This document shows positions 18,101 through 27,087 of a stretch of DNA of 64,000 nt, piece by piece. The DNA is from Candidatus Latescibacterota bacterium (GTDB lineage: Bacteria; Latescibacterota; UBA2968; GCA-2709665), in the NCBI GenBank assembly GCA_965219995.1, contig CBDCOX010000002.1, positions 1,120,001 through 1,184,000 on the forward strand, given 5' to 3'. Position 1 is the stretch's first letter; each line of letters starts with the position of its first letter. Both the position numbers and the translations under genes were made by a program. Below the pieces are notes generated by a model, which saw only the letters and a program-made list of their open reading frames with translations, searched no databases and had not been told where the DNA came from.

Positions 18101-20867
18101 ACCGCGCGATGTGTTCCGGGGTACCTTCCGCCACAACGTACCCACCCGATTCTCCGCCTCCGGGTCCCAGGTCGATTACCCAGTCCGCCGTCTTGATAAC
18201 ATCCATGTTGTGTTCGATCACGACGACCGTATTGCCCAGATCCACGAGCCGGTGCAGCACCTTCAGCAGACTCTGTATGTCTGTAAAATGCAAGCCTGTC
18301 GTAGGTTCATCCAGAATATAAAGTGTAGATCCTGTCTGTTTGCGGCACAACTCTTTAGACAACTTCACACGTTGAGCTTCGCCACCGGACAACGTTGGCG
18401 CGGGCTGCCCCAGCTTAACGTAGCCCATGCCCACCTCGACCAACACCTCGAGAATCCGATGGATCTGCGGCACCGCATCGAAGAAGGCACATGCCCGCTC
18501 CACCTCCATATCCAGCACTTCCGCGATGGACGCCCCCCTGTACCGAACTTCCAGCGTCTCCCGGTTGAATCGCCGCCCCTCGCATACCGGGCACGTTACC
18601 CATACGTCGGCGAGGAAATCCATTTCAACGAGATTGGCGCCGTTCCCGCTACAGGCTTCGCATCGGCCGCCCTTTACGTTGAAACTGAACCGGCCGGGGC
18701 GGTACCCTCTCACCCTGGACTCCCTGAGCTCCGCGTACAACGCTCTGATCGGGCCGAATACACCGGTGTATGTGGCGGGATTGCTTCTGGGCGTGCGGCC
18801 GATGGGCTGCTGATCGATCTCAATCACCTTATCCAGGACGTCGAACCCTTCGATGCGGTCGAAAGCACCGGGTTCCGTTTCGGCGCGGTTCAGTTCTCGC
18901 GCCAGCGTTCGATAGACGATGTCGTTTATGAGCGAACTCTTTCCGGAACCTGATACCCCGGTTACGCAGTTGAATACTCCCAGGGGAAGTTCGACGTCGA
19001 ACCCCTTGAGGTTGTTATGTCTCGCACCGAAAACGGCGAGACACTGTCCTTTCCGCGCCCTGCGGTCAGGTATGGCAATCGATCGTCTTCCGGAAAGAAA
19101 GGCGCCAGTACTTGACCGCTCCGACAGCGCGATCTTCCGCCAGGGTCCGCAGGCGACAACCTCCCCGCCCTGGTGACCGGCACCCGGTCCGAAATCCACA
19201 ATCCGGTCCGCCCGTTTCATCGTCTCCTCGTCGTGCTCCACCACGATGATCGTGTTTCCCGCGTCCCGCAGCAGGCACAGCGCGTCCAGCAGCCTTTTGT
19301 TGTCGCGCTGGTGCAGTCCGATCGAGGGTTCGTCCAGAACGTAGGTTACTCCGACCAGACCGCTTCCGATCTGCCCCGCCAGCCGGATGCGCTGGGCCTC
19401 GCCGCCGGAAAGGGTCGGCGCCGTCCGGTCCAGTGTCAGGTAATCAAGCCCGACGTCGAGCAGGAATCTGAGCCGACCCAGGATCTCCTTGAGCGCATCC
19501 TCCGCGATCATCCGCCGGGTCGCCGTCAGGTTCAGTCCGTCGAAGAACGCGAAGGCATCCGCAACCGACATCGCCGCGGCCGCCGGCAGCGACGTACCCT
19601 CGATCGTCACCGAAGCGGCTTCGGCTCTCAGACGCACGCCCCGGCATGACGGACACCTCCCCGTCCGCATGTAAGGACCGAGCTTTCGCCTCCACGCCGG
19701 TGAACCCGCTTCCGCGTACCGGCGTTCCAGAGGTGGGAAAATTCCCTCGAACGAATCGTGATGCGTCCAGACACGGCCATCCCGCCGCTGCCATTCCAGC
19801 CGGATGCGGTCCTTCACGCCGTACAGCAGTTCCTCGCGAGCAGCCCCGGATATTTCCCGCCACGGCGTATCGACGTCCGCGCCATGACGCTTCAATACGC
19901 CGTTGTAATAGTGTATCTTCCAGCGGTTCCGCGGTTCGCCGAGCGGCGCGATCGCCCCTTCCATGACCGACAGGGCGTCGTCGGGTACCGAACGCTTCGG
20001 ATCCAGGGCAATCTGAGTACCGAGACCCTTACAAGTGGAACACATTCCCTGCGGATTGTTGAAGGAAAACAGCTGAGGCGTGGGCTCCGTTGCGCTCAAC
20101 CCGCACTTCGTGCAGGAGAAGTTGGAACTCAGCAGCAGATCCTCACCTTCCTCGAATCCCACGATCAGCGTACCGTTGCCGAATCCCAGTGCTGCATCCA
20201 CCGCTTCCCCGATACGCCCATGTCCATCCGCCCGTACGACAATACGATCGACCACAAGGTCGATATCGTGCCGGATGTGTCGTTCGAGTCGCTGCGATTC
20301 CGCAAGCTGTACCATCCGTCCATCGACACGGACACGGAGATAGCCGTCCCGCTGCAAATCCTCGAACAGATCCTGGTACTCCCCTTTTCGCCCGCGGACG
20401 AGCGGCGCCAGGACAGAGATCCGTGTTCCGACACCCAGCGCCATGATCCGATTCACAATGCCGTCGCGTGTCTGACCGCCGATCGGGGTCCCGCACGACA
20501 CGCAATGCGGCTCGCCAACCCTTGCATAGAGTACGCGAAGGTAGTCGTAAATCTCCGTCATCGTGCCCACCGTAGACCTGGGATTCCGTACGGCAGCTTT
20601 CTGCTCTATAGACACCGTAGGCGAAAGGCCTGTAATCCGGTCGACGTCGGGCTTTCGTATCTGACCCAGAAACTGGCGGGCATAGGCGGAAAGGGACTCG
20701 ATATATCGACGCTGGCCTTCCGCATAGATCGTATCGAAGGCCAGCGACGATTTCCCGGAGCCCGAAACCCCTGTGAAACAGATCAGTTGATCTCTCGGCA
20801 AGGTCAGGTTCACATCCTTCAGGTTGTGAACCCGCGCCCCTCTGATGACGATTTCTCGCGTGTCCAT
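15168..20867 (-). CDS. uvrA: Excinuclease ABC subunit A, tandem-fused double UvrA (~1900 aa)
   Basis: Two complete UvrA units: four GVSGSGKSS Walker A, four LSGGEAQR signatures, four DEP(S/T) Walker B, duplicated Zn fingers. Confidence 0.95.
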   Translation of the reverse strand: MDTREIVIRGARVHNLKDVNLTLPRDQLICFTGVSGSGKSSLAFDTIYAEGQRRYIESLSAYARQFLGQIRKPDVDRITGLSPTVSIEQKAAVRNPRSTVGTMTEIYDYLRVLYARVGEPHCVSCGTPIGGQTRDGIVNRIMALGVGTRISVLAPLVRGRKGEYQDLFEDLQRDGYLRVRVDGRMVQLAESQRLERHIRHDIDLVVDRIVVRADGHGRIGEAVDAALGFGNGTLIVGFEEGEDLLLSSNFSCTKCGLSATEPTPQLFSFNNPQGMCSTCKGLGTQIALDPKRSVPDDALSVMEGAIAPLGEPRNRWKIHYYNGVLKRHGADVDTPWREISGAAREELLYGVKDRIRLEWQRRDGRVWTHHDSFEGIFPPLERRYAEAGSPAWRRKLGPYMRTGRCPSCRGVRLRAEAASVTIEGTSLPAAAAMSVADAFAFFDGLNLTATRRMIAEDALKEILGRLRFLLDVGLDYLTLDRTAPTLSGGEAQRIRLAGQIGSGLVGVTYVLDEPSIGLHQRDNKRLLDALCLLRDAGNTIIVVEHDEETMKRADRIVDFGPGAGHQGGEVVACGPWRKIALSERSSTGAFLSGRRSIAIPDRRARKGQCLAVFGARHNNLKGFDVELPLGVFNCVTGVSGSGKSSLINDIVYRTLARELNRAETEPGAFDRIEGFDVLDKVIEIDQQPIGRTPRSNPATYTGVFGPIRALYAELRESRVRGYRPGRFSFNVKGGRCEACSGNGANLVEMDFLADVWVTCPVCEGRRFNRETLEVRYRGASIAEVLDMEVERACAFFDAVPQIHRILEVLVEVGMGYVKLGQPAPTLSGGEAQRVKLSKELCRKQTGSTLYILDEPTTGLHFTDIQSLLKVLHRLVDLGNTVVVIEHNMDVIKTADWVIDLGPGGGESGGYVVAEGTPEHIARSRRSFTGRSLRPALRQGFDPVRHDGASELRGRDRGLIREIQVAGARENNLRNVDVRIPREKLTVVSGVSGSGKSSLALDTVFAEGQRRYVESLSAYARQFLGQLPKPKVERVTGLSPAIAIEQKAASRNPRSTVGTVTEVYDYLRALFALVGKVYCPDCRVQAGALDIQEIVDRILRMPSGRRIYLLSPQRPGRGEDYDVLITRASRAGYLRGRLDGEVFELKTPAEIDYRQSHSLEILVDRVTLKPGVRKRIADSIEKALELSGGVVIVASPDDVEETRFSQVLSCPKCGRSFDEITPQHLSFNNHEGWCDSCEGLGTQKGMGKNTLIPDPRKSLAEGAVPVLGRLKGGPLAAIMRAVGDAGAFDLETPVVQMSQSAMEVLLYGTGERWLSHADGLRFRYKGLFNSLEELVRLSPRFREKLGELVEDVPCLACKGARLKPESAAVRLSGTTLCELVDLPIELSRRWLEDLELTGPELDAVGEVIQEIRVRMRFLHEVGLGYLSLSRRAPTLSGGEAQRIRLASQIGSGLTGVLYVLDEPTIGLHQRDNRRLLAALARLRDLGNTLVVVEHDRETLETADHIVDFGPGAGSRGGMLVAEGHPKRLSTENGSLTAKYLAGRLAIASPPRRLALKGCVEVVGARHNNLRDLNVRFPLGMLIGVTGVSGSGKSSLVNDVLYGALAARLNGVHGVTGDHDDVRGMDGIDKVINIDQSPIGFSPRSNPATYVKVFDRVRKLYAQLPDARIRGFSPGHFSFNHRKGRCEACKGLGSRCIEMHFLPDVWVTCEDCHGKRYNRDVVNVLYKGRSIADVLEMTVDEALRQFENVPGIRRTLKTLADVGLGYIRMGQASTTLSGGEAQRVKLARELARPNTGKTVYLLDEPTTGLHVADVARLLDVLNRIVDAGNTVIVIEHNLDVIRTADWIIDLGPDGGENGGYLVAEGTPEEVAQVDASHTGRFLKELLDPGNSGLPRAPEIPD

Positions 20868-21070
20868 GAATCCGTCTTTCTCCCTGGTCAAGCTTCAGGA
20901 AGAAACCCTGACTCCCTTGATTGCGGTGCCGACCGGCCCTATACTTCGACCCCGTACGTCTGCTCCCTGCCCTCGGACGCGACGAGCAAACCGGGAAACC
21001 GGTTCAGCGTTGAGGTGAATCGTACGGGAAACTGCTCCCTGCGGGTACCGGCACGCGATAGTGGATACGC

Positions 21071-21099
21071 AATATACTATTCAAATGTTCAGGTATCAA
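21071..21099 (-). promoter_or_regulatory. Sigma70-type promoter for uvrA
   Basis: TTGATA-17bp-TATATT on the minus strand. Confidence 0.6.
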
Positions 21100-21215
21100 G
21101 AAAAACCGATCTCAGTGTGTCTTAAAACACGACTGCAACGCCGCGTTTTGCACCGGGCGACGGATTCCTGTAAGGCCCCCTGGAATCCGAGGCGCACCCT
21201 GATTCCAAACGATCA

Positions 21216-21249
21216 AAAGCGCCTTTATCCCCGTGGACAAAGACGCTTT
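21216..21249 (-). terminator. Probable terminator of the STAS gene
   Basis: Imperfect stem AAAGCGCCTTTATCC / GGACAAAGACGCTTT with a short T run on the minus strand. Confidence 0.5.
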
Positions 21250-21276
21250 CGTATACACTTCCGGTTTGCGGGTGGG

Positions 21277-21630
21277 TTACTCGGGCGGCTGCGTCTTGAA
21301 ACTGGCCACCGCACGGTCCACCGTATCCAGGGTCCGGAAGATACCCGCCAGCTGCGTGACCATCAGAATGCTCTCGATTTTCCGCGTAATGCCCGTGAGC
21401 CGCATATCTCCGCCCGCATGCCGAACCGTGGTCAGGCTGGCGGTCATGACCCCCAGCATCGAACTGCCGAACCACTTCACCTTTGAAAAATCGACAACCA
21501 CCCGGCTGATTCCGTCTTTAACCAGCCGTTTGATGTGGTCGTGAAACTCGGCCACTTCAGGGCCGGACATCAGGGCGCCCGTAACCGTGAGTACGGCAAC
21601 GTCCTCCCGGATCTCCTCATTGATCTTCAT
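21277..21630 (-). CDS. STAS domain anti-sigma factor antagonist
   Basis: VVVDFSKVKWFGSSMLG (phospho-Ser motif); 117 aa RsbV/SpoIIAA layout. Confidence 0.9.
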   Translation of the reverse strand: MKINEEIREDVAVLTVTGALMSGPEVAEFHDHIKRLVKDGISRVVVDFSKVKWFGSSMLGVMTASLTTVRHAGGDMRLTGITRKIESILMVTQLAGIFRTLDTVDRAVASFKTQPPE

Positions 21631-21730
21631 GGTTCTTCCCCCTCAATGGTTTCTGGTTGCAACCAACCGCTGCATCGTTCGAATTTACACATTTTATACA
21701 TCAGATTCCACGAAGAGTTGCCGCCGTACC

Positions 21731-21759
21731 AATATAATTGCTAATGTGTCAGGGATCAA
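21731..21759 (-). promoter_or_regulatory. Sigma70-type promoter for the STAS gene
   Basis: TTGATC-17bp-TATATT on the minus strand. Confidence 0.55.
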
Positions 21760-21884
21760 GCAAGGAATTTCACGGGGTCGGGTGTTTTGGCGGTTTTCGG
21801 CTTGACAAAGCCCTGTTCGACCGCTTATTTATTGACGCCGATCCCGCGACAATGAACATCTCGACAGAAGAGAAGGCAAGCGTT

Positions 21885-22679
21885 ATGGAACTTGGATGCA
21901 GCACAATACTATACGGCGGACAGGACCTGAACGTCGCCCTGGAACGGATACGGTCGGCCGGCTACCGGGCCATCGAACTCTGCTGTATTCCGGGGATGGC
22001 CCCCCATTTGTCCATTGGCGAAAGCGACGCGTATTACCGTGACGTCAGACGCCGGGCCGCGGACCACGAGTTGGAAATCGAATCGCTCGGCGCAAGCGGC
22101 AATCTGGACGACGAGGGCCGCTTCCTTCAGATCCTGGACGCTGCGAACGCACTCGGCGCGCCCCTGGTCACGACGGGCCCGGGGGGTAAACCGGACGACG
22201 AACCGGAGTTCAACGCCACCGTTGAAAGAGTCAACCGTCTTGCGGGCCAGGCCGCCCGCCGCGGCGTCCGGCTCAGCATCAAACCTCACGTGGGCAACGC
22301 TGTATACAACACCGACACCGCGTATCGCTTCATGCAGCAGGTCGATCGACGCCGGGTGGGTATCAATTACGACGCCACCCACGTCTGGCGCAGCCCGCAG
22401 CGGGAGGTGCCGGAGGAAACGATTGGCAGAATCAGCGAATATATCCTTTCGGTCAGAATCCGTGACGTGAAGGGCAGGCAGACCGCCATCGGTCCGGTGG
22501 AAACCCAGGTGGCCGGCAACGGGGATATGGATCTCCACGCCCAGGCGAGCGCGTTCAGGGCGATTCCCGGGCTCGAGTACGCGGTTCTCGAGATCGTAGG
22601 TACGCGGGACATGGGCGTGGATGAGATTGACAGCGTTGTCAGGCGTTCCTACGGTTACTTCAGCCCGCTGTTCGAGTGA
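21885..22679 (+). CDS. Sugar phosphate isomerase/epimerase (xylose-isomerase-like TIM barrel)
   Basis: AGYRAIEL, LSIKPH, INYDATH, VRIRD, GNGDMD, VLE. Confidence 0.82.
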   Translation: MELGCSTILYGGQDLNVALERIRSAGYRAIELCCIPGMAPHLSIGESDAYYRDVRRRAADHELEIESLGASGNLDDEGRFLQILDAANALGAPLVTTGPGGKPDDEPEFNATVERVNRLAGQAARRGVRLSIKPHVGNAVYNTDTAYRFMQQVDRRRVGINYDATHVWRSPQREVPEETIGRISEYILSVRIRDVKGRQTAIGPVETQVAGNGDMDLHAQASAFRAIPGLEYAVLEIVGTRDMGVDEIDSVVRRSYGYFSPLFE

Positions 22680-22769
22680 GAAGATTGGAATCGCGGCGGT
22701 CCACCCCGGGCCTCGATTACCCCCGGTTTCCGGATCAGCGGTTCACCGTTTCCTGCAAGGAGCATTGAC

Positions 22770-23792
22770 ATGATCCGCGTTGGCGTTATCGGCATGCGCG
22801 GCATTGGCAGCCAACATGCGGAAGTTTACGTGAATAACAGGAGTTCAGACCTTGTGGCCGTCTGCGACGTGGTGAAGGAACGGGCGGACAGCGCGGCCGA
22901 CCGGTTTGGCGCGAAGTCATTCTACAGCGTGCCTGAGTTGCTTCGTTGCGAAGAACTGGATGCGGTGAGCGTGGCGACCGGCGGCTTTGAGAACGGGGGA
23001 GACCATTTCGAACCCGCCATCCAGTGCATGGAAGCCGGAGTCGACGTCCTGTGTGAAAAACCCATAAGCAACAACATTCGTCACGCCCGTCAGATGGTCG
23101 AAAAAGCGCGGGAGTGCGCCATCCGTTTCGGCATCAACCTGAACCACCGGTTCGTCCCTCCGGCGGCCAAAGCCAGAGGCTGGATTGAGGAAGGCCGGCT
23201 CGGCCGCCTGCTTCTCATCAACATGACGATGTGGATCGGAAACCCCAACGAGACGTCGCCGTGGTTCCACCTCAGGGCCCTACACCCTCACTCTATCGAC
23301 ATTATGCGATACTTCTGCGGCAATGTGAAACGTGTCCAGGCTTTTCTGAACAAGGCGCCCGGACGAAGCGGAGACCGTGAGACAGTATGCTGGTCCAACG
23401 CACAGATCAACATGCATTTCGAGAACGACGTCGTGGGTCACCTGACCGGCAGTTACGACACCAACCCCGCCCACAACCTTGAACGCTGCGAGGTGATGGG
23501 GACTGAAGGCCGTTTCGTCCTCGACAACTGTTTCGAAGACCTGACCCTCTATCCCAGACGATCCGAGGAACTCACCGTCGTACGTAACTCCATTATGGGC
23601 GGTCTGGTCTTCGAAGACACCTTCCCCAGGCGTATTAACCGATGGATCGAACAGCTGGACGAGGGCGCCCCTCAATCTGAAATCGAAGGGTCGGGCGAAG
23701 AAGGGCTCGCCGTCCAGGAAGTCATCGAAGCGGCCATCCGATCGTGGAAAGAAACCTCGATTGTGGACGTGCCAATCGTACCGGGCGCATGA
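22770..23792 (+). CDS. Gfo/Idh/MocA family oxidoreductase
   Basis: VGVIGMRGIG, VAVCD, VLCEKP, NHRF, HSID. Confidence 0.9.
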   Translation: MIRVGVIGMRGIGSQHAEVYVNNRSSDLVAVCDVVKERADSAADRFGAKSFYSVPELLRCEELDAVSVATGGFENGGDHFEPAIQCMEAGVDVLCEKPISNNIRHARQMVEKARECAIRFGINLNHRFVPPAAKARGWIEEGRLGRLLLINMTMWIGNPNETSPWFHLRALHPHSIDIMRYFCGNVKRVQAFLNKAPGRSGDRETVCWSNAQINMHFENDVVGHLTGSYDTNPAHNLERCEVMGTEGRFVLDNCFEDLTLYPRRSEELTVVRNSIMGGLVFEDTFPRRINRWIEQLDEGAPQSEIEGSGEEGLAVQEVIEAAIRSWKETSIVDVPIVPGA

Positions 23793-23863
23793 AGGGGTTG
23801 GCGCCTTCCTGCCACCCTCGGAAAACGGTCGCCAATGAAGTCTCCATCTTCCGTCCAGACAGA

Positions 23864-25111
23864 ATGAAGACCGAACTCAATGGCGTGACTTATCGCCTTC
23901 CCCGGGTTCCGGTAACCGTCATCTGCGTCGACGGCGGAGACCCGGAGTATTTCGAGGCGGCGCGGAATGCCGGGGCGATTCCCACGATCGCACGTTTTAT
24001 GGAAGCCGGGTACAACGGCACTGCCCACTGCGCCATTCCGAGCTTTACCTGTCCCAATAACGTGTCCATCGCCACGGGCGCCCCGCCCGCCGTTCACGGC
24101 GTATCGGGAAATTTCTGTCTGGACCGGCGCACCCGCAAGGCCGTTCCGATGACGTCCCCGTCGATGATGCGTTCGCGGACGATTTTCGACGTCGTTTCGA
24201 AAGCCGGCGTCGAGACGGCCGTCATCACGGCCAAGGACAAACTCCGCAGACAACTCGGCAAGGGGTTGGATGTGGGGAACGGAAACCTCTGTTTCTCATC
24301 CCAGCGAGCGGACCGCTGTACGCTTCGCGAGAACGGCATTCAGGACGCGCTCGGCTGGGTCGGCAGGCCATTACCCGACATGTATTCCGACGCCCTGTCG
24401 CTGTTCGTACTGGACGCCGGCGTCCGTTTTCTCGAACGAGGCAGCCGGCCGCGGCTGGCCTACCTGTCGCTTACGGACTACATCCAGCACAGGTATCCGC
24501 CGGATCATCCCGCGGCGCTCGACTTTTATCGATCGCTCGACCGGCGCTGTGAAGCGCTGGATCGCCTGGGCGCGACCGTGGCCCTCGTGGCCGACCACGG
24601 CATGAAGGACAAGTGCGCACGGGACGGTACGTACAATGTCATCTGGCTGCAGGACGTGCTGGACCGTCGTTTCGGAACGGGAACAACGCGTGTCATCTGT
24701 CCGATCACCGACGCGTTCGTCGGGCATCACGCCGCATTGGGAGGATTTGTCAGGGTTTACTGCTTCGACGAACTGGAGGTTGGCGATGCCATCCGCTTTA
24801 TGGCGTGCATCGACGGGATCGAGGCCGTCATGGAGCGAGCGGATGCGGCGGCCCGGTTCAATTTACCCGTCGACGTGGAAGCCGACGCTGTGGTAATCGC
24901 CGCCGACGCGTTCTGTATCGGCGCCTCCCCGGTCGACCATGATCTCGGGGGGCTGCTCGGCGAACGCCTGCGATCGCACGGCGGCTTTTCGGAGCAGGAG
25001 GTACCGCTCATCCTCAACCGCCCGCTCACCGCGGATTACCTTGCGCGCACCGCGTCGGAACAGCTGATGAATTACCACGTTTTTGAATTGGCGCTGAACG
25101 GCGTCGCTTGA
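23864..25111 (+). CDS. phnA: Phosphonoacetate hydrolase
   Basis: ICVDG, PSFTCPNNVSIATG, TAKDKLR, MYS, TDYIQH, ADHGM, ICPITD..VGHH.ALG, RSHGG; alternative ATG 23789 overlaps the upstream stop. Confidence 0.9.
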   Translation: MKTELNGVTYRLPRVPVTVICVDGGDPEYFEAARNAGAIPTIARFMEAGYNGTAHCAIPSFTCPNNVSIATGAPPAVHGVSGNFCLDRRTRKAVPMTSPSMMRSRTIFDVVSKAGVETAVITAKDKLRRQLGKGLDVGNGNLCFSSQRADRCTLRENGIQDALGWVGRPLPDMYSDALSLFVLDAGVRFLERGSRPRLAYLSLTDYIQHRYPPDHPAALDFYRSLDRRCEALDRLGATVALVADHGMKDKCARDGTYNVIWLQDVLDRRFGTGTTRVICPITDAFVGHHAALGGFVRVYCFDELEVGDAIRFMACIDGIEAVMERADAAARFNLPVDVEADAVVIAADAFCIGASPVDHDLGGLLGERLRSHGGFSEQEVPLILNRPLTADYLARTASEQLMNYHVFELALNGVA

Positions 25112-25203
25112 GCGCCGCGTCCACGCCAGACGGAGCTTCCGGCAGGACCCGAATCGAAACGACGTTCGGAAATGACGGAACCGAACGACAAGGAGTCGAA
25201 GAC

Positions 25204-25605
25204 ATGAACGAATCGAAGCTGTTCGAGGCCGCGTTCCCCTATGCCGACGATGTTCTCGCGCTACCGGTGAAGGACATCGACGAAGCGTCAGCCTGGTACT
25301 GCAACGCGTTTGGACTCAGAGAAGCGGAGAGACACAGCGACCCGGTTCCCACGGTGGTACTCGAAAGGGACGGCGTCCGGATCGGATTCGCCGTCAGTGG
25401 CGGCGATCCCGGGCAGGAAGGCGCGGCGATCCTGGTGTCCGATATTCACAGGGCGAGGCGTGAACTGGAAGAAAACGGTATCGAAACCGGCAACTGGAGG
25501 GTCGACGAGAACGACGGGCGAAAATACCAGGTCTTCTTCGTCGTTGCTCCGGACGCGCTCTGTTATTATTTCCACCAGCCGATCCAAGAAGAACCTACAA
25601 AATGA
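25204..25605 (+). CDS. VOC/glyoxalase family protein
   Basis: LPVKDIDEASAWY...FG and VFFVVAPDA pattern; SD AAGGAG. Confidence 0.8.
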   Translation: MNESKLFEAAFPYADDVLALPVKDIDEASAWYCNAFGLREAERHSDPVPTVVLERDGVRIGFAVSGGDPGQEGAAILVSDIHRARRELEENGIETGNWRVDENDGRKYQVFFVVAPDALCYYFHQPIQEEPTK

Positions 25606-25634
25606 AACGGCCGGGCAGGGAGCCCGGCCGTTTT
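25605..25634. terminator. Bidirectional terminator hairpin
   Basis: AAACGGCCGGGC / GCCCGGCCGTTT(T) between convergent genes. Confidence 0.75.
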
Positions 25635-25676
25635 GCAACTGCGTCGTCACGTAAACGAGGATGGGGAAACCGGCGG

Positions 25677-26369
25677 CTATTGTCTCTTCATCCTCTTTTT
25701 CTCTTTCCTGGCGAAGGATTTTTGAATATACCGTACCGCGTCGGGCGTTTTGCAGTTCGTGTCGCCGTGGTCCACTACCACGGGACCGATCCGCTTTGCC
25801 GCCGCGATCGCCCGATCTCGGTAGTTCGCGTTGAAGGTCCCTATTGCAATCAGCGCGTTGTTCATCGCGTAGCGGACGCGGTTGGGTTGGCTGTGAATCC
25901 GCGTCTCGATTCTCTCCAGGCAGGCGTCGAGAAGCGCTTCGTCGATATCCCCGTGGTCGTTCAGAACCATCTCCGTGAAGGTATTCCATCCCGCCGTGGC
26001 GACCCACTCGCCTCGCCTGGAGGTCCATTTTCTGAATCGCGTCAATCCGGTCCGCGAGGTGCTTGCCAATGCTCCCAACTCCCCCGCCAGGATCGAGTTG
26101 TCGATATCCCGCGCCCAGACGTCGAGTTTGTCGGCGTTCATCATCGAGGGGTCGGCGATCCGCGTGGCGAGTGCACGGGCGTCGTGGTTGCCTGTGGCCC
26201 ACAATGCCTCTGCCAACGGTTGGTCCAGCTTGATCTTCCTGACCATCTTGTTCAGGTTGGCATAGCTGACGCCGTACATCGGCGCGTTGATGCCGTGCCT
26301 CGCATAAACCTTGCGGTTCTGTGCGGTCCCGAGCGCTTCCAGCGCTCCAATCGTCTCGTCGAGCGTCAT
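25677..26369 (-). CDS. DNA alkylation repair protein (AlkD-like HEAT repeat)
   Basis: YGV, LAEALWATGNHDAR.LA, RYAMNNALIAIG, VDHGDT.CKTPDA; SD GAGGA. Confidence 0.85.
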   Translation of the reverse strand: MTLDETIGALEALGTAQNRKVYARHGINAPMYGVSYANLNKMVRKIKLDQPLAEALWATGNHDARALATRIADPSMMNADKLDVWARDIDNSILAGELGALASTSRTGLTRFRKWTSRRGEWVATAGWNTFTEMVLNDHGDIDEALLDACLERIETRIHSQPNRVRYAMNNALIAIGTFNANYRDRAIAAAKRIGPVVVDHGDTNCKTPDAVRYIQKSFARKEKKRMKRQ

Positions 26370-26518
26370 CGGTTCCTCATCTGGCGAAACCCTCGTGTGC
26401 ATTCTCCTGAGCCGCCGCCAACCCGGAGCGATCATTCGGACTCAACGAAACGAAATCCTCCTGAAGTTCATCGTCGGTTTCGTCAAATGCACTGAAGCGT
26501 GCCGGAACGGCGCAGCAT

Positions 26519-26941
26519 TCAGCCTTCAGGGTTTTCGAAATTAACCTGCCATCGGATGCCGAATTTATCGACGCACATCCCGAAATATGCCCCCCAGAAC
26601 ATATCCTGCATCGGCGTCAGCACTTCCCCATCCTCCGCCAGCCCTGCGAGCAGCCGGTCGGCGTCCGCCCTGCTGTCCGGGCTTACAGTTATCGAAAAGT
26701 TGCCGCCGATCTGCGGAGGGGGCCCGAATGCCGAAGTCGAGTCACTTCCCATGAGTACGCTGTCGCCGACGGGCAGCGACACGTGCATGACCCGGTGCTG
26801 TTCCTCTTCCGGTACCTGCAGGTCGGGAGGTCCGTCTCCGAACGTCTGGATGAACAGAAAGTCTCCACCGAACACGGAGCGGTAGAATTCAAACGCCTGC
26901 CTGCATTCCTTGTCGAAGGTCAAATAAGTGTTCAGTTGCAA
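26519..26941 (-). CDS. VOC family PhnB/YjdN-like protein
   Basis: YLTFDKECRQAFEFY, VMHVSL, LMGSD, FWGAYFG..VDKFGIRW. Confidence 0.9.
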   Translation of the reverse strand: MQLNTYLTFDKECRQAFEFYRSVFGGDFLFIQTFGDGPPDLQVPEEEQHRVMHVSLPVGDSVLMGSDSTSAFGPPPQIGGNFSITVSPDSRADADRLLAGLAEDGEVLTPMQDMFWGAYFGMCVDKFGIRWQVNFENPEG

Positions 26942-27087
26942 GGCTGCCTCCTGTGTAAGTTGCGACGGACTGCGAGCCGCAGGTGTACTTGTTGGTTATT
27001 GCGATTCAATCCAACTCGTTAACGAGTCCCAATCGGGCATTGGCGCCGCCGGATTCCCCATAACTTTCGATACCGGAACGTGCCCGG

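Noticed and set aside
21077-21092. LexA box in the uvrA promoter (GAAC-ATTT-GAAT)
   Set aside because: Two mismatches to GAAC-N4-GTTC and not noticed upstream of the other repair genes
26519-26941. PhnB-like gene as part of phosphonate catabolism with phnA
   Set aside because: PhnB/YjdN is a generic VOC protein not needed for C-P cleavage, and lies on the opposite strand in a separate unit
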